From Squalus acanthias (lineage: Eukaryota): a stretch of 64,000 bases of DNA. Positions 49,481 through 62,648 of this stretch are shown one piece after another. A program made the translations under genes and the position numbers. Below the pieces are notes generated by a model. The model had not been told where the DNA came from, ran no database searches, and was given only the letters and a program-made list of their open reading frames with translations. Location: the NCBI GenBank assembly GCA_030390025.1, contig CM059431.1:120840001-120904000 (forward strand), written 5' to 3'. The first letter of the stretch is position 1. Each line of letters starts with the position of its first letter.

Positions 49481-50600
49481 TTATTGGAACCGCAGTCTGA
49501 TCAGGCGGTCATGGACCACCCTTCCAGAAGGCCAATTGTGTGGCTGCCTCCTCCCTAGCTGCTGTTGCTCCTCCTCCTCCTCCTCCTCCTCCTCCTCTTC
49601 CTCTTCGTCCACCTGAGGTGGTCCCACTATGCCTGGTGGCAAGGGCTGGGCCCTCATGATGGCCAAGTTGTGGAGCATGCAGCACACCATGACCAAAAGG
49701 GACACCCTCTCAGCCGAGTACTGGAGGGCTCCTCCCGAGCGGTCAAGGCAGCGGAACCGTTGCTTGAGCACTCCGATGGTCTGCTCGATGATGTTCCTGG
49801 TGGCGCCATGGCTCTCATTATATGAATGCTGGGCAGGAGTGTTGGGGTTGCGGAGGGAAGTCATGAGCCAGGTGGAGATCGGATAGCCCTTGTCTCCGAC
49901 CAGCCAGCCACGAGCTGGAACACCGGTCTGGTGCAGGATGAAGGCATCGTGGCTGCTGCCAGGATAGTGGCCATTGTCGGTGAGGATTCACTGTCTGTGG
50001 TCGCACACCAATTGGACATTAAGTGAGTGGGAGCCTTTGCGGTTACGGAAGACCTCAGGATTATTACGGGTGCCTGCAAAGCGATGTGGTGCAGTCAATG
50101 GTGCCTTGCACCATGGGGAAACCCGCTATCCTGGCAAAGCCACATGCACACTCGTTCTGCTTCTCTCTGGTCATGGGGAAGGAAATGTAGTCCCTTCTTC
50201 TGTAGAGAGCCTCTGTGACCTCCCAGATGCAGCAATGGATGGTGAACTGTGATATGTTAGATATGTCTCCTGTTGCAGACTGGAAGGATCCACTGGTGTA
50301 GAAATTGATGGCGACGGTGACCTTGACTGCCACTGAGAGAGCCGTGGTGATCCTGATCTGAGGCTCGAGGTCTGGCTGCGGGAGGTGGCAGAGCTCTGTG
50401 ACCACGTCCTTGGTGGAGCGGAGCCTTCTAAGACACTGCTCCTCAGTTAAATTTATGTAGGAGAAGTGCTCCCGGAATACCCTGGGAGAGCAAGTCCTCC
50501 TGTTGACAGCCCTGTTGGCCCTCCTCCCTCTGGCCACATTTTCCAATGTTTGTCTCTGCCTCCGCTGCCTCCGACATTGAGTGCCAGTACAGCCCCCATT
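49481..50600 (-). pseudogene. Harbinger DDE transposase (HARBI1-like), frameshifted
   Basis: FYTSGSFQ..ISQ..GFPMVQGTIDCT, VGDKGY, YNESHGATRNIIEQTIGVLKQRFRCLDRSGGALQY..CCMLHNL, poly-Glu tail from (GAG)n. Confidence 0.9.
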
Positions 50601-51304
50601 AATGTGACCAAATGTAGGACTTCGAAATCTTAGCAGAATGAAAGTGACAAAGTTTTAGAAGGCAGAACACTCCTGAAAGTAAGAAACATTTAACTCACTG
50701 TAAACGGCTGTTTCGCGATGTCAAACTGAGCAGGCAGCATTGATTGACGACTAAAATGAAAGAGGATGTTGATGCCTTTAAATACCGCTCCTACGGCGGC
50801 CATCCGACCTCATCACGCCTCCTCTTCCTGCCGTTGTTCAGGCCAGGCGCTAAGGCAGGGGGCGGCAGTCAATTTTGCATTTGGGCCGTTAACGGGGCGT
50901 TCCAAACACATTGACGTCACGATCTGGCAGCGCTAAATCCCGGGTGAATTTCTCGTGCGGCGTTGGATTCGCCACGCCCCACCGCAAACCCATTAGCACC
51001 CCGTTGACACTAACATGCCAAATTTCTCCCCCAAAGAATCCATCACAGTCTAAAAGGTGTTATTGTTGTCACAGAAGTTTTCACAGTTTAATTGGTTCAT
51101 AGTTGCAAGTTTCTTGCTTGCCAGTAAAAGCAAGAAAATCCAACAGATATGAACTCATTAGGAAAATCATTAACATTCTTATCTATTATACATTCAAACA
51201 GTTGAGAACTAGATGCATGTATAAAGAAGAATTTTCTCACACATTACAAAATTAACGAAGAGCTGAAACATTATCAGGATGCATTGCTCAGGATCAGGTT
51301 TGTC

Positions 51305-51755
51305 AAATGATAGCTGTGCTAAAAGGGTTAAATTATGGAGGACACATTGCAGAAACTTGGGTTCTATTCCCTTGAGTTTAGAAGTTTGAGATGTGACCTA
51401 ATTGAGGGGCTTAATATTATGAAAGGATTTGATAGAGTAGATACAGAGAAGTTATTTCCTCTGGTGAGGTATTCCAGAATAAGGGGGCCATTAGAGCTAG
51501 ACAATTCAGGAGTTAAATCAGGAAGCAATTTTTCACCCAAAGTGCAGTGAAAATGTGGAACCCTCTCTAACAAAAAGGTATGGATGCTGGGTCAATTGAA
51601 CTTTTCAAGATTGAGATTGACAGATTTTTATTAGGTAAGGGTATCAGAGGATGTGAAGCAAAGGCAGGTAAATGTAATCAAGGTACAGATCAGCCATGAT
51701 CTAATTAAATAGCAGAACAGGCTCGAGGGGCTCAATGGTCTACTGCAGTTCTTCT
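51305..51755 (+). mobile_element. CR1 LINE 3' fragment, old
   Basis: LGFYSLEFRSLRCDLIE..MKGFDRVDTEKLFPL; CR1 3' UTR. Confidence 0.75.
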
Positions 51756-54700
51756 GTTTTACTGCTACTTCTAATTTCCTGCGCCCCTTTCATGATTAAC
51801 TCATTTAGAAGAAAATAAAGTGATTAAGTATTATATAAGTTTTATAAAATGTTTCCTCTAAATTTTGTACATTTGTGGTTGTCTTATTTTTGTCCATTTA
51901 CACTACTTTGACGTCATCTGGCTGCAATCATTGGTTCGAAGTTAGCAAAATTACCTAGACATTAACAAAAAATTGGCATCTATTAGAAATGGGTTTTACT
52001 GGTTTGGGAAAATGTTAAAGAGTTTATAAGCTTACTGAACATGTTAGCTTGAAAATGGTAGTTCTTAAAATGACCAAGTCCATGGGAATTCAATCTCTAA
52101 TTTATGAAACCCATTATTTGTGGTGAGGTGTTAAATTAGAATTGTAGCAGCTGCACAAATGATTTAATTGTTCGATCCTGTACTGTGTAAATATAAAATA
52201 GCAAGGGCGGCAAATAATTTATAAATAAATGAAACCAATTTCAAATTAGGCACAAAACCAAGACAGAAGGTATAAATTAATCTTAAAATCGTATGTGCAG
52301 TAACAGGATCCTTAATATATAGATATCTGTATAGTTATTAACATCCTCAGTCGCCCCTCATTACCAGGTTCCATAATTTAAATTGCTATTTCAAACTCAC
52401 GTGGAGGTGACAACTGTATGAATATTTGTTGCTGCAATTACCTGTCGTTTATGCAATCCTGTAATTATTTTTAACTATTAACAATTATAAAATATTTCTA
52501 ACTTCAAAACTTCTAAATCATGAATTTATGCATGCAGAGAATAAAATCAGAAGGGTCTCCAACGTTTTCCTATTTGTCCAGGTACCCTCTTATTCCTTCC
52601 ACAGGCCCTGCTTTCTCTCCCTCTCCTCGTTAATTAAACAGGCTGAAACTACAGCAGGCAAAGCTTTCCTTATCCCTACAGGATGAATGAAACTCCTCTG
52701 GAATCACTGCGGGTTATAGAAATTGAAATTAAAGAAAATCAGAGACAGTGAGGGATTGTGTCAAATGGCACAAAATCTTCAGATTGACTAAAGCCTGTAA
52801 GTGGCTTTCCTTCGGAGAGTCACAAAGAAAGAGAACATGAAGAATGTTGAGAGAAAGATACTGGAGCTATTGAAAACAGATTTTTTAATTGGATATCTTG
52901 AGGGGAGATTTTTTTAAAGTGCAGAATGCAAATTAAAATGTTATTTTTATTCAATTAGAAATATTTCTAAATGTGTAATCATCTTGGATGTATGCTATTC
53001 CTTTAGAAAGAAGTTTTCTTAGACGATTATTCCAATATTTTAACATCTGCCAATCAAAATGCAGTCAGTTACTGTTTTCCTCCTAGTGAATTTGTGAAAC
53101 ACAAGTTAGATACCACTCGTGATAGAAAATCAACCAGCAATGCCTCATCTGCAATAATGCTCTTTTCACGCTTCAGAAACACCTCATTTGGCATTTAACC
53201 AGGAAGATTGGTGAAGGTGCATTTAATCAAACTGTGCAGTGAGCAAACATTAGGGGAAATACCCCAATGAAGATTTTACAAATCCAAAATTTGACTCCCA
53301 ATGTGACCCCCTCATGACCAAACTGGAACCCCTGATGTCAGGCCTCCAGACCAAATCCAGACTCTTAGGGAGCTATTTTAACCCTACTCGCTCAGCAGAA
53401 ACCTGGCAGGTGGGCAGTTAAATTCGCCCTGGCTCTTACCTGTCCGAAAGCCGCCATGATAACAACACCTGCAATTTCAGCCTGCTCTCCTGAGCAGGCA
53501 GCAAGGACATGCGCCCGGAGCCAACAGGGTCCTTCTTTTCATGTGCAAGTTGCAGCCCGATGACATCATTGTGACCCGACTGTAATTTTAACTCAGCCCT
53601 GAGTGGGGAATCCACCTGGAGTTAAAATCATGTTAGCCTTTCATACTTGACTTGATGGCCACTCACACACTGAATTGAATGAACTTGCCATGGAAGTGTG
53701 CCATGGAAAGGCTTTGATATTAAATTATGGCTGTATATTTTACATGAGACTGAAATAAGTGAAGTACTCATACACTCCAATGAAAGAATTTAAGGCTTAC
53801 TTACATAATGACCTCAACTCTTTTGATGCCACTTCTCTGAAAGTGACTGGCCAATTTATACAAACCTAACCAGACTGGGGCCCTACCTCAGCGTGGTAAT
53901 TGCAAATGAGATACAAAAACAAATGTTTTGTTGGTGAAACCTCATGGCAGTTGGAAGATTAGAGAAGAGAAAAATTGAGCCTTTGATTCTAATTAAGATG
54001 GTATTTTATGGGCTGAGTTATTCATTTTATGAAGCATTATTTTGAACTCCAGATATTCTAGTAAACTGAATGTATTTTCAGTGTCTATCCACAACATGGC
54101 CATTTCCTAATGAGAACAGGGATTATAATTTCTAATGCAATCATTCACTGTCTGCACACTAAACAGTTTTGAAATGTAGTCATTTGAAATTCACAACTTT
54201 GACTGTCATCCAGAATTTAATAAGTGTAGCAGAAATGACAGATGGAAATAAGTCACTTTGGTATAATCATTATTCCATTCCAGCAGCTGATTGTAAAAAC
54301 CTTGTTATTGTTGAGCCTTCAGTTCAAATACGCAATAGTTTCAGTTCTATCTCAGTCTATAATGAGCTGTTTGAAAAGGAAAACCATCGTTAAAACAAAG
54401 TTCTATCTTGCCCAGGGGTTTGCAAATGCCATCACCAGCTACCTCACATGCAGACTTCCCAATGCTACAGAGCTGAATTGGAGGACTCTCTGCCTGGAGG
54501 AGTCTTTGTGAGTGTCGGTCTTCTTGATGGATATCATTATTAGGTCATAAAGGAGTTCAGAGCCAAACAAAAAAACATAGAATATACACTTCCAGAATAA
54601 AAATGCTGCTGAAAATAGTCTTGTCACTTTTCAGATTTCTTTCTGCAAGTGATAGCTAGTGACATTCAGTACTGATTAGATGTCATGCCTGGTGTACACC

Positions 54701-55182
54701 TGGGTCTTTCTCCTACTCTAATTCAACCTATCTTTAACCTTTTGTTGTGCCTGCCATCCATAATAAGCTCATTGCATAGCCATAGGGTGTCCCGTTAGTT
54801 GATTTTTCACTGCTTAAATAAAGAGCATTGATTGACATGTTATGCTTCTTGGGTGCAGTCATTGTCCAGGTTTGATGACCTGTGACGGGTGATGGATATA
54901 ACCATTGTTAATTTGTTTCACTGGAAGCCGTCCCGCATGTGTCTGTGTAACAGCAATACGTCTAGAAAGTGCTCTGGGCAATTCTTCATGTTATATATCT
55001 GCCTTCGTTAGCTTCAACTTATGTCGGCATCGCATGTGGAGAGGTCATGCTAGACTTTGTGGAAAGGCAGTGCAGCGAAAAAGAAGTCTAGCAGGGGGCA
55101 TTCTCAATCTGAGGCAAAGTAACCACATGTAGCCTATTGATCACTTCTCTCAGTTGATACAGGGGAATGTACAGGGAAAATA

Positions 55183-55630
55183 AAGAAAGACTTGCATTTA
55201 TATAGCACCTTTCAGGACCTCAGGACTTCCCAAAGTGCTTTACAGCCAATGAAATACTTTTTGAAGTGTAGTCACCGTTGTTATATGGGAAACGCGGTTG
55301 CCAATTGCGCACAGCAAGCTCCCACAAACAGCAATGTGATAATGACCAGATAATCTGTTTCTGTTATGTTGATTGAGGGATAAATATTAGCCCAGACACT
55401 GGGGATAACTCCCCTGCTCTTCATCAAAATAGTGCCATGGGATCTTTTACATCCACCTGAGAGATCAGACAGGGCCTCGGTGTACCGTCTCATCCGAAAG
55501 ATGGCACCTCTGACAGTGCAGCACTCCTTCAGTACTGCACTGGAGTTTCAGCCTAAATTTTTGTGCTCAAGTCTCTGGACTGGGACTTGAACCCAGAACC
55601 TTCTGACTCAGAGGCGAGTGTGCTACCCAC
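55183..55630 (-). mobile_element. Deu-domain tRNA SINE (SacSINE1-like)
   Basis: GATCTTTTACATCCACCTGAG..CTCATCCGAAAGA Deu-type core; tRNA head GGGTTCAAGTCCC on the minus strand. Confidence 0.82.
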
Positions 55631-56542
55631 AGGAGACCGGTGAATGCACATGAACCCAAAGTGTCAAAATGTCAAATATCTGAAATTATACTGTATCTGT
55701 AATTTACTGTTATATATATTAATTCCATTATTGAAAATATAACAACCATTTCTGAATCTGAGATTTCCCATTGTAATTGAAATCCTCAATCCATTATGAT
55801 TCTGTGGCTTGTTTTCGTTACATTTCTATTGCTAAACTAAACCATTTTATAGACATCTTACTTGTAAAACTATACATTATTCCTTTGCACTTAAAATTGA
55901 TTCAATCTAAAGCAAAATTGGAAATATGTGCCCTGAATTTGCGGGCCTCCGGCAAGTGGGAATGAGGCTGCACTGCCCCGCAAGATGCAGCATGACATTT
56001 ATCACCCCATTCTGATTAGCCCGCCACCATTTTCCTGGGAGCCTTCACCAGGGTGGTCCAGGTGCATAGCTGTTCTAGGTGGGGGCCCATTTGTAATATG
56101 GCGGGCTGGCGTGGTGGGCAGGATAGTCTGCTTGCCTTAAGGGGAAGGGGAATGGGAGCTTGGAGAAAGAGGCCCAAAGAACACTTGACCACTTTTGGAT
56201 CAGCAGACACATACCAAACAATTCCTACCTGTCAACCTTCTTCCCTTATTCATCCTCAGGCCCTTTTAGTCATCGGACACCTTTTGATCTTTCTGTTTAT
56301 TCCCAGTTTTTCCTTTCCTTGTATCTCATTTCTTCAAATTCCCTGTTTCACTTCTCTTATTTCTCTTACTACCACCTCAGTGTTTTTTCTGTTTGTCTTC
56401 CTTTGCTCATGTCCTTCTTTCTCCGCCTTTCATCTCTCTACTTTTTCTATTTCTATTTTTGTCTTCTCATCTGAATTGTACTTAACTATTTTCTATTTCC
56501 TTTCATGCCTTTTATGTTCTACTAACTTGTTCTGCACATTTT

Positions 56543-57417
56543 GGCCGCGATTTTATCGGCACTGAGAGGGCGGGTTTGGAGGCGGGTCAAGGGTTAAAAT
56601 CGTTTTGATTGACGACGGGTTCCGATCCCGCTGTCAACCGGCCTCCAAACAATTTTCCCAAGTGTCGGGTCCCCAATTTGCGCATGGACCCGACACCTAA
56701 TGGCAGGAAGAGGATTAAAGTCACATACCTGCCTGTTAATAGGTACTTGATAGTAGTTGACAGGCTCTTTTTCAATTTTGCCACTTCTGCCTCGGGTTTC
56801 CCGATGTCCAGACACCACACCAGGTAAGTGTGGCATGTTGTGAGTCTGCTGTAATGTTTCTGCATTGATGACAGCTGCAGAAGTGGTGTGAAGGATCCAA
56901 TGGTGCACTGGTGAGTTTCAGCGATAAAAAAATGTTGGGAAAATAATTTTTAATGCATTTACACTTTTCTGTAGGTAACAAGTTTTGAAATCGATGTCTA
57001 TTCCCACCTCATTGGGAGAACCTCTCTCACCAGTGACAGATCGCTTCTGTCACCTCACCTACAGCTGCTATCTGTTCCAGCCTATGGAGGGAGTCATTGG
57101 AGAGCCTGGGTGCAAGAGCTCACCTTTGTACAGTGATTGTCAGTGTTTGCAGCACGTCAATGCTGTCAAACACTGAGAAATCAGCTGTCAAAAAAAATTG
57201 TGCATGGTCCCTTTAAGAAAACCGGCAGATGACTCGCCATCAAGTGACGTCATCTGACCGGCTTCCTCTTAATTGGCCGCCAAGCCCACAGGGAGGGCCT
57301 AACAAGGTCAATCAACGTAAAATCACGCCCGTGGGCCGGATGCAGTTGGGGGCGGGACTGGAACCCGGAAACCACCTGACCCGCTCCCAACCCGCTTCCA
57401 ATGACAAAATCATGGCC
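56543..57417. mobile_element. Harbinger-type MITE
   Basis: Ends GGCCGCGATTTT / AAAATCATGGCC with TTT flanks. Related (inverted) to 33565/34837. Confidence 0.75.
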
Positions 57418-57479
57418 TTTGTCTCTCAGTTTTTATATTTTTTGTTTCCGTCATATGTCACATGTCGTTTTTTTATACC

Positions 57480-58150
57480 GGAAGCATTCGCAACCACATT
57501 CAGCCAGAAGTGCTGACTGGATGATTCATCTGGGCCTCCTCCTGAGGTCCCAACCATCACAAATGCCAATCTTCAGCCAATTCGATTCACTCCACATGAT
57601 ATCAAGAAATGGCTGAATGCAATGGATAAAGCAATAGCTATGGGCCCTGACAACATCCCGGCTGCAGAGGTGAAGATCTGTGCTCTAGAACTAGCCGCAC
57701 TCAAGCAAAACTGTTCCACTACATCTACAACAATGGCACCAACTTGACCAAGTGGAAAATTGCCCAGCTATGTCCTGTCTAAGAAAAGCAGGACAATAAC
57801 AGTCCAGCCAATTACTGCCCCATCAGCCTACATTTAATCATCAGTAAAGTGATGGAAGGTGTCATCGACAATGCTATGAAGTGGCACTTACTCACCAATA
57901 TCCTGCTCACTGATGCTCAGTTTGGGTTCTGCCAGGACCACACTGCTGCAGACCTCATTACAGCCTTGGTCCAAACATGGACAAAAGAGCTAAATTCTGG
58001 AGGTGAGGTGAGAGTGACTTCCCTCGACATCAAGGCAGCATTTGACTGAGTGTGGCACCAAGGAGCCCGAGTAAAAGAGAAGTCAATGGGGAACAAGGGG
58101 AAAACTCTCCACTAGCTGGAGTCATATATACTACAAAGAAAGAAGGTTGT
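57480..58150 (+). mobile_element. Internal RT fragment of the 13740 LINE family
   Basis: Matches 15400-16070 (MEGVIDNA..QFGFCQDH..DIKAAFD). Confidence 0.85.
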
Positions 58151-58468
58151 GGTTATGTTACTGGACTAGTAATCCAGAAGACTAATGATCTGGAGATGTG
58201 AGTTCAAATCCCACCTCGGAATTTAAATTCAGTTAATTAAATAAATCTGGAATAAAAAGCTAATATCAGTAATGGTAACCATGAAACTACCGAATTGTCA
58301 TAAAAGCCCATCTGGTTCACTAATGTTCTTTAGGGAAGGAAATCTGCCATCCTTACTTGGTCTGGCCTGTATGTGACTCCAGACCCACAGCAATGACTCT
58401 TAGCTGTCCTCTGAAATGGCCAAGCATGCCACTCAATTGTAAAAAACCTACTACAAGAAACAGTAATA
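58150..58468 (+). mobile_element. Second copy of the tRNA-like head of the 13740 LINE family
   Basis: Matches 13760-14090. The continuation AAGAATAAAACTGGA resumes at 59889 after the Penelope insertion. Confidence 0.75.
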
Positions 58469-59881
58469 CTTTGCCTCCAATTTCCACCCTTCCCTACCTT
58501 CACATGGTCCATCTCCGACTCTTCCCTCCCCTTCCTCGACTTCTCCGTCTCCATCTCTGGGGATAGGTTATTGACCAACATTCACTACAAGCCCACTGAC
58601 TCCCACAGCTACCTGGACTACACTTCCTCCCACCCCACCTCCTGTAAGGACTCTATTCCATTCTCCGAGTTTCTCCGTCTCCGCCGCATCTGCTCCGACG
58701 ATGCCACCTTCCATACCAGTGCTTCTGACATGTCTTCCTTTTTCCTCAACTGAGGATTCCCCTCTACCATGGTCGACACGGCCCTCGACCGTGTCCGTTC
58801 CATCTCCCGCACTTCTGCCCTCACCCCGGCCCCTCCCTCCCGGAACCACGATAGAGTTCCCCTTGTCCTCACCTTTCACCCCACCAGCCTCCACATTCAA
58901 CGGATCATCTTCCGCCATTTCCGCCACCTCCAACGTGATCCCACCACCAAACGTATCTTCCCCTCACCTCCCCTTTCAGCATTCCGTAGGGACCGCTCCC
59001 TCCGAGACACCCTAGTCCACTCCTCTATCACCCCCAGCACCCCTTCCCCTTCACCCGGCACCTTCCCGTGTAAGCACAGGAGATGCAACACCTGCCCTTA
59101 TACATCTCCCCTTCCCACTCTCCAGGGCCCCAAACACCCCTTCCAGGTGAAACAGCGATTTACTTGTACTTCTTGCAATCTAGTATACTGTATTCGCTGC
59201 TCACGATGTGGTCTCCTCTACATTGGGGAGACCAAACGCAGATTGGATGACCGCTTTGCGGAACACCTCCGTTCAGTCCGTAAGGGTGACCCCGAGCTTC
59301 CGGTCGCTTGTCATTTTAATTCACCCCTCCACGCCCACTCAGACCTCACCATCCTCGGCCTCTTGCATTGTTCCACGGAAGCGCAGCGTAAGCTCGAGGA
59401 ACAGCACCTCCTCTTTCGTTTAGGCACTTTACAGCCTTCCGGACTCAATATCGAGTTCAACAATTTCAGATCATAACCCCGGCCCCTACCACATATGTAT
59501 ACATTTTATCCACTCCTTTGGTCCGTGCCTTTTTCCTTTTTTTCTCTCTCTCCCCCCACGGCAGCTGTCTCTCATTCTGCCAGCATTTCACACCTCACCT
59601 TTTGTTTCTTAACCTGTCCCATTATCATCTCGTCTTGCCTTGAGCATCTCTTAATGTCTCTACTTACCATAGACCCCCCCCTTTTGTTCTTTTATTCCTC
59701 CCCCCAACGTCCCCCTTGCATTTTTATCTGTTTAATTTCCTGCTCTTTCAGTTCCGACGAAGGGTTTCGACCTGAAACGTTAACTCTATTTCTCTCTCCA
59801 CGGATGTTGCCTGGCCTGCTGAGGTTTTCCAGCGTTTTCTGTTGTTATTTTGGATTTCCAGCATCCGCAGTATTTTGCTAT
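58469..59881 (+). mobile_element. Penelope-like element, 5'-truncated (RT thumb + GIY-YIG endonuclease + terminal repeat)
   Basis: HYKPTDSHSYLDYTSSHP..SEFLRLRRICS; ORF 58769-59476 with C..C and NLVYCIRCSRCGLLYIGETKRRL..RFAEH..GLN. Flanks AGTAATA at 58462-58468 and 59882-59888. Confidence 0.92.
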
Positions 59882-62221
59882 AGTAATAAGAATAAAACTG
59901 GAAGGACCACAGGAGACCAGCGTAACCTCCTGTGAAATGGTGGAAATCCAGCAGAACTTGGTTCTGCTGGGCTTCTGCCAGTATTTTGGTGGGTTCTGCT
60001 GGTCTCCTGTTAGAGTTACGACAGGAGGCCAGCAGAAACAGTATGGAGAAAACCTCTGAAGAATTTCAGAAGCGATTGTGTATTCTACTTTTCAACAAAG
60101 CAAACCACAGGTGTTGTTAACCACATGTATTGTTTAATTGTTTATCAGGTAAAAATTGAAAAGTTCACAATTGAAAGGAAGCAGTTGTTAATATTTTTTA
60201 ATGTAACACTTACCTGAAATAAGGGTTTGAAAATGCAATCTAAAATTGTGCTTCGAAGTCTTTTAAAACAAAAGAAACTTACAAATCCTCACAGGTTGAG
60301 GGGGGACAATTCTGCCAACTGCATATGGTCAGAATTGCACAGACTGTTCAACACTGTTCAACTGTTCTGGGGAAAAGTATTGACTCAAAGCTTAACCTTT
60401 TGAAACAATCTGAAGCCTTTAATAAAATATTGCGGTGTTCGATCACCAGCCGCAGCCCGTTGTCTTCCGATGCTAATGAGGCTCGGCCCTCAAAATGGCG
60501 TTTCACTGGCCATCTGCCAAAAGTCCTCTCGAGGGGGGGATATCTACCCCATGATGGCAACAGTGTGACATTACGCAAAATAAATCTTATGTAACAGGAA
60601 ATGCATGCAGAAGGAAGGTTTTTAACATGGAATAGATTGTAGAATCGCACGCCACAAACTGGGGAAGCAGCACCTAATGCTGGTAATTGTGACTTTCATG
60701 TAAAACATACGAGATCGGCTCAGTCACCCGTTAAACACCTCTCCCCGTTGTCATTTACATTGAAGTCAACAGGTGGCCAAGCTGATAGCGCGCATTTTAC
60801 ATAATCATCCAAAGTCTAAATTACCCCCAAGATCCAGTTCCCAGCATAGAATGGAAGATTCTGAATGGTGATATAATTCTGATCATACCACAGAAAATAG
60901 ATTACTCCTCAGGATCTACAAACAATGTTTGCCACATTGTTCTGATTTACACTTTGTTTGTTGACTTGTATAAGGAGGTAAAAGTGAGGCAACTAACCCT
61001 GCCTATACAAATGAGTGGTCACTGTCCTTCAGGCAGGCAACTACTGTTGACTCGTTTTCCTGGCCTGTTTTGGTTTGTTTTCATCCACTTGGTCTTATTT
61101 TGTTCTTCTGTGGCGTGTGGAGGGGACGGGGGAGGGGAATTATATTGTGTGCCCTCCAGGAAAGGGTGAAGACTGCTTGTTTTTTTCCCGGCTGAGGCTG
61201 GACATCACTTGTTCCAAAATGAAAGCATTCATGAGTTAAACAGTCTCCATTATTTTGTCCAACAGTTCTCTGCAGTTTCAGACTACACTTGGTGGGAATG
61301 GGTTTAAACAGAAGTGTGGTGTGTCCCCAGAGGAGGCAGGAGGACACAGCTCTGCTGGGTAATACTAACTGGCTGCAATAACTTCTGTTGTATCATAAAA
61401 ATTTTATAATATGGAAATCCATATTTCTCTTCATCTTTTATGTTAATAGGCTAAAATCTGTTCATAAACAGTTTCATTGATATTTCTACAATTTGTTTCT
61501 CAAATGGATTCCTGCTCTGTAATCACATTTAACTTTGGATTTACTTTGCTATCTTCCACAGTGTATAAAGCTTTTTTGTTTTATAAGTATCTGCAGGCCA
61601 AAAATCTCAGTTTACAGCTATCATTTCCGCACTACTCTTGATTGTATCATTTCCACTAGGACCTACTCCAGTGCACCCCAGCTCCCTGATATATGACCCG
61701 CAATCCATTTGCAAGCATCTGGGGTAGCAAGTACTAAGTAATCATCTGGACTATTGCTTGTCACAGTGAATCAGTGAATATCTGTTATCGTCTGTCCTTT
61801 AATGGAAGAAAAACATTATTTTGTAACACATTAGTCCAAAGCCAGGCAAGATAATCCAGCTGGAACAATGCTTGATGGCTGCAATGAAAATATCCTCCAC
61901 ATAATTTTCACTGAGTGACTACATTAGTTGCCAAGTTACAATACAACTGAGTACTTCCTTTCAATGCAATTGTTCATTTCAGTCATATTTGATTGCAATG
62001 GTGACTTGTTGCTCAATGCTTCTTACCCAACAACTTCAATAAAACTGACAGATTTTGCTTTGAAGTGTTTACTTAACTACAGTAGCCTGCAGCTCACAGA
62101 GTATGATAGCTTTGTCCAGATAATAGTCTTGGCACTTGTTCCAATATCTATTACTATGGCTGCATGTTAGAGAATGTTCTTCTTGTTTAAACATCCTTGC
62201 TGTTTCTAACTCCCCCCAAAA

Positions 62222-62470
62222 ATGAAAGACTTGCATTTATATAGCGCCTTCCATGACCTCAGGACCTTGAACATCCACCCGAGAGGGCAAACAGGGCCTT
62301 GGTTTAACGTCTCAAACAAAAGACGGCACCTCCGACAGTGCAGCACTCCCTCAGCACTGCACTGGGAGTGTCAGTCTAGATTTTTGTGCTCAAGTCTCTG
62401 GACTGGGACTTGAACCCACAACCTTCAGACTCAAAGGCAAGAGTGGGACCAACTGAACCACGGCTGACAA
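62222..62470 (-). mobile_element. Deu-domain SINE with internal deletion
   Basis: Head and tail match 55183-55630 but ~200 bp of the body is missing. Confidence 0.75.
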
Positions 62471-62528
62471 AAATGACGAGTGCTAAACTGTTAATGGCTG
62501 AGAATTTGGTTAGACTCTGGCAATCTTT

Positions 62529-62648
62529 TGAGGGTGAAATTCGTCTTGGGTGGAAGTCAATGGAAACAAAAATCCGACGGCTGTAAAACAGGCGACTGAT
62601 CTATTATTGCCCATTTCACGCTACTGCCCAAGGTGAATTTCACCCTCA
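62529..62648. mobile_element. Short (120 bp) MITE-like palindrome
   Basis: TGAGGGTGAAATTC..TTGGG / CCCAA..GAATTTCACCCTCA inverted ends. Confidence 0.55.

Larger units (their letters stand above)
47108..51032. mobile_element. Full-length Harbinger/PIF transposon 2 (3,925 bp), two convergent genes
   Basis: Imperfect TIRs GGGCTAGAAACTCGG / CCAAATTTCTCCCCC, 3-bp flanks AAA/AAA. Myb-like gene on +, transposase on -. Confidence 0.88.

Noticed and set aside
49481..50546. Host HARBI1 gene
   Set aside because: Frameshifted and enclosed with a Myb-like gene between TIRs; it is a transposon copy, not the domesticated gene.
56053..56565. 170-aa hydrophobic ORF suggesting a membrane protein
   Set aside because: Derived from a T/C-rich low-complexity tract and runs into a MITE end.
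59495..59935. 146-aa ORF after the Penelope endonuclease
   Set aside because: Pyrimidine-rich 3' region/terminal repeat of the Penelope element; no coding signature.
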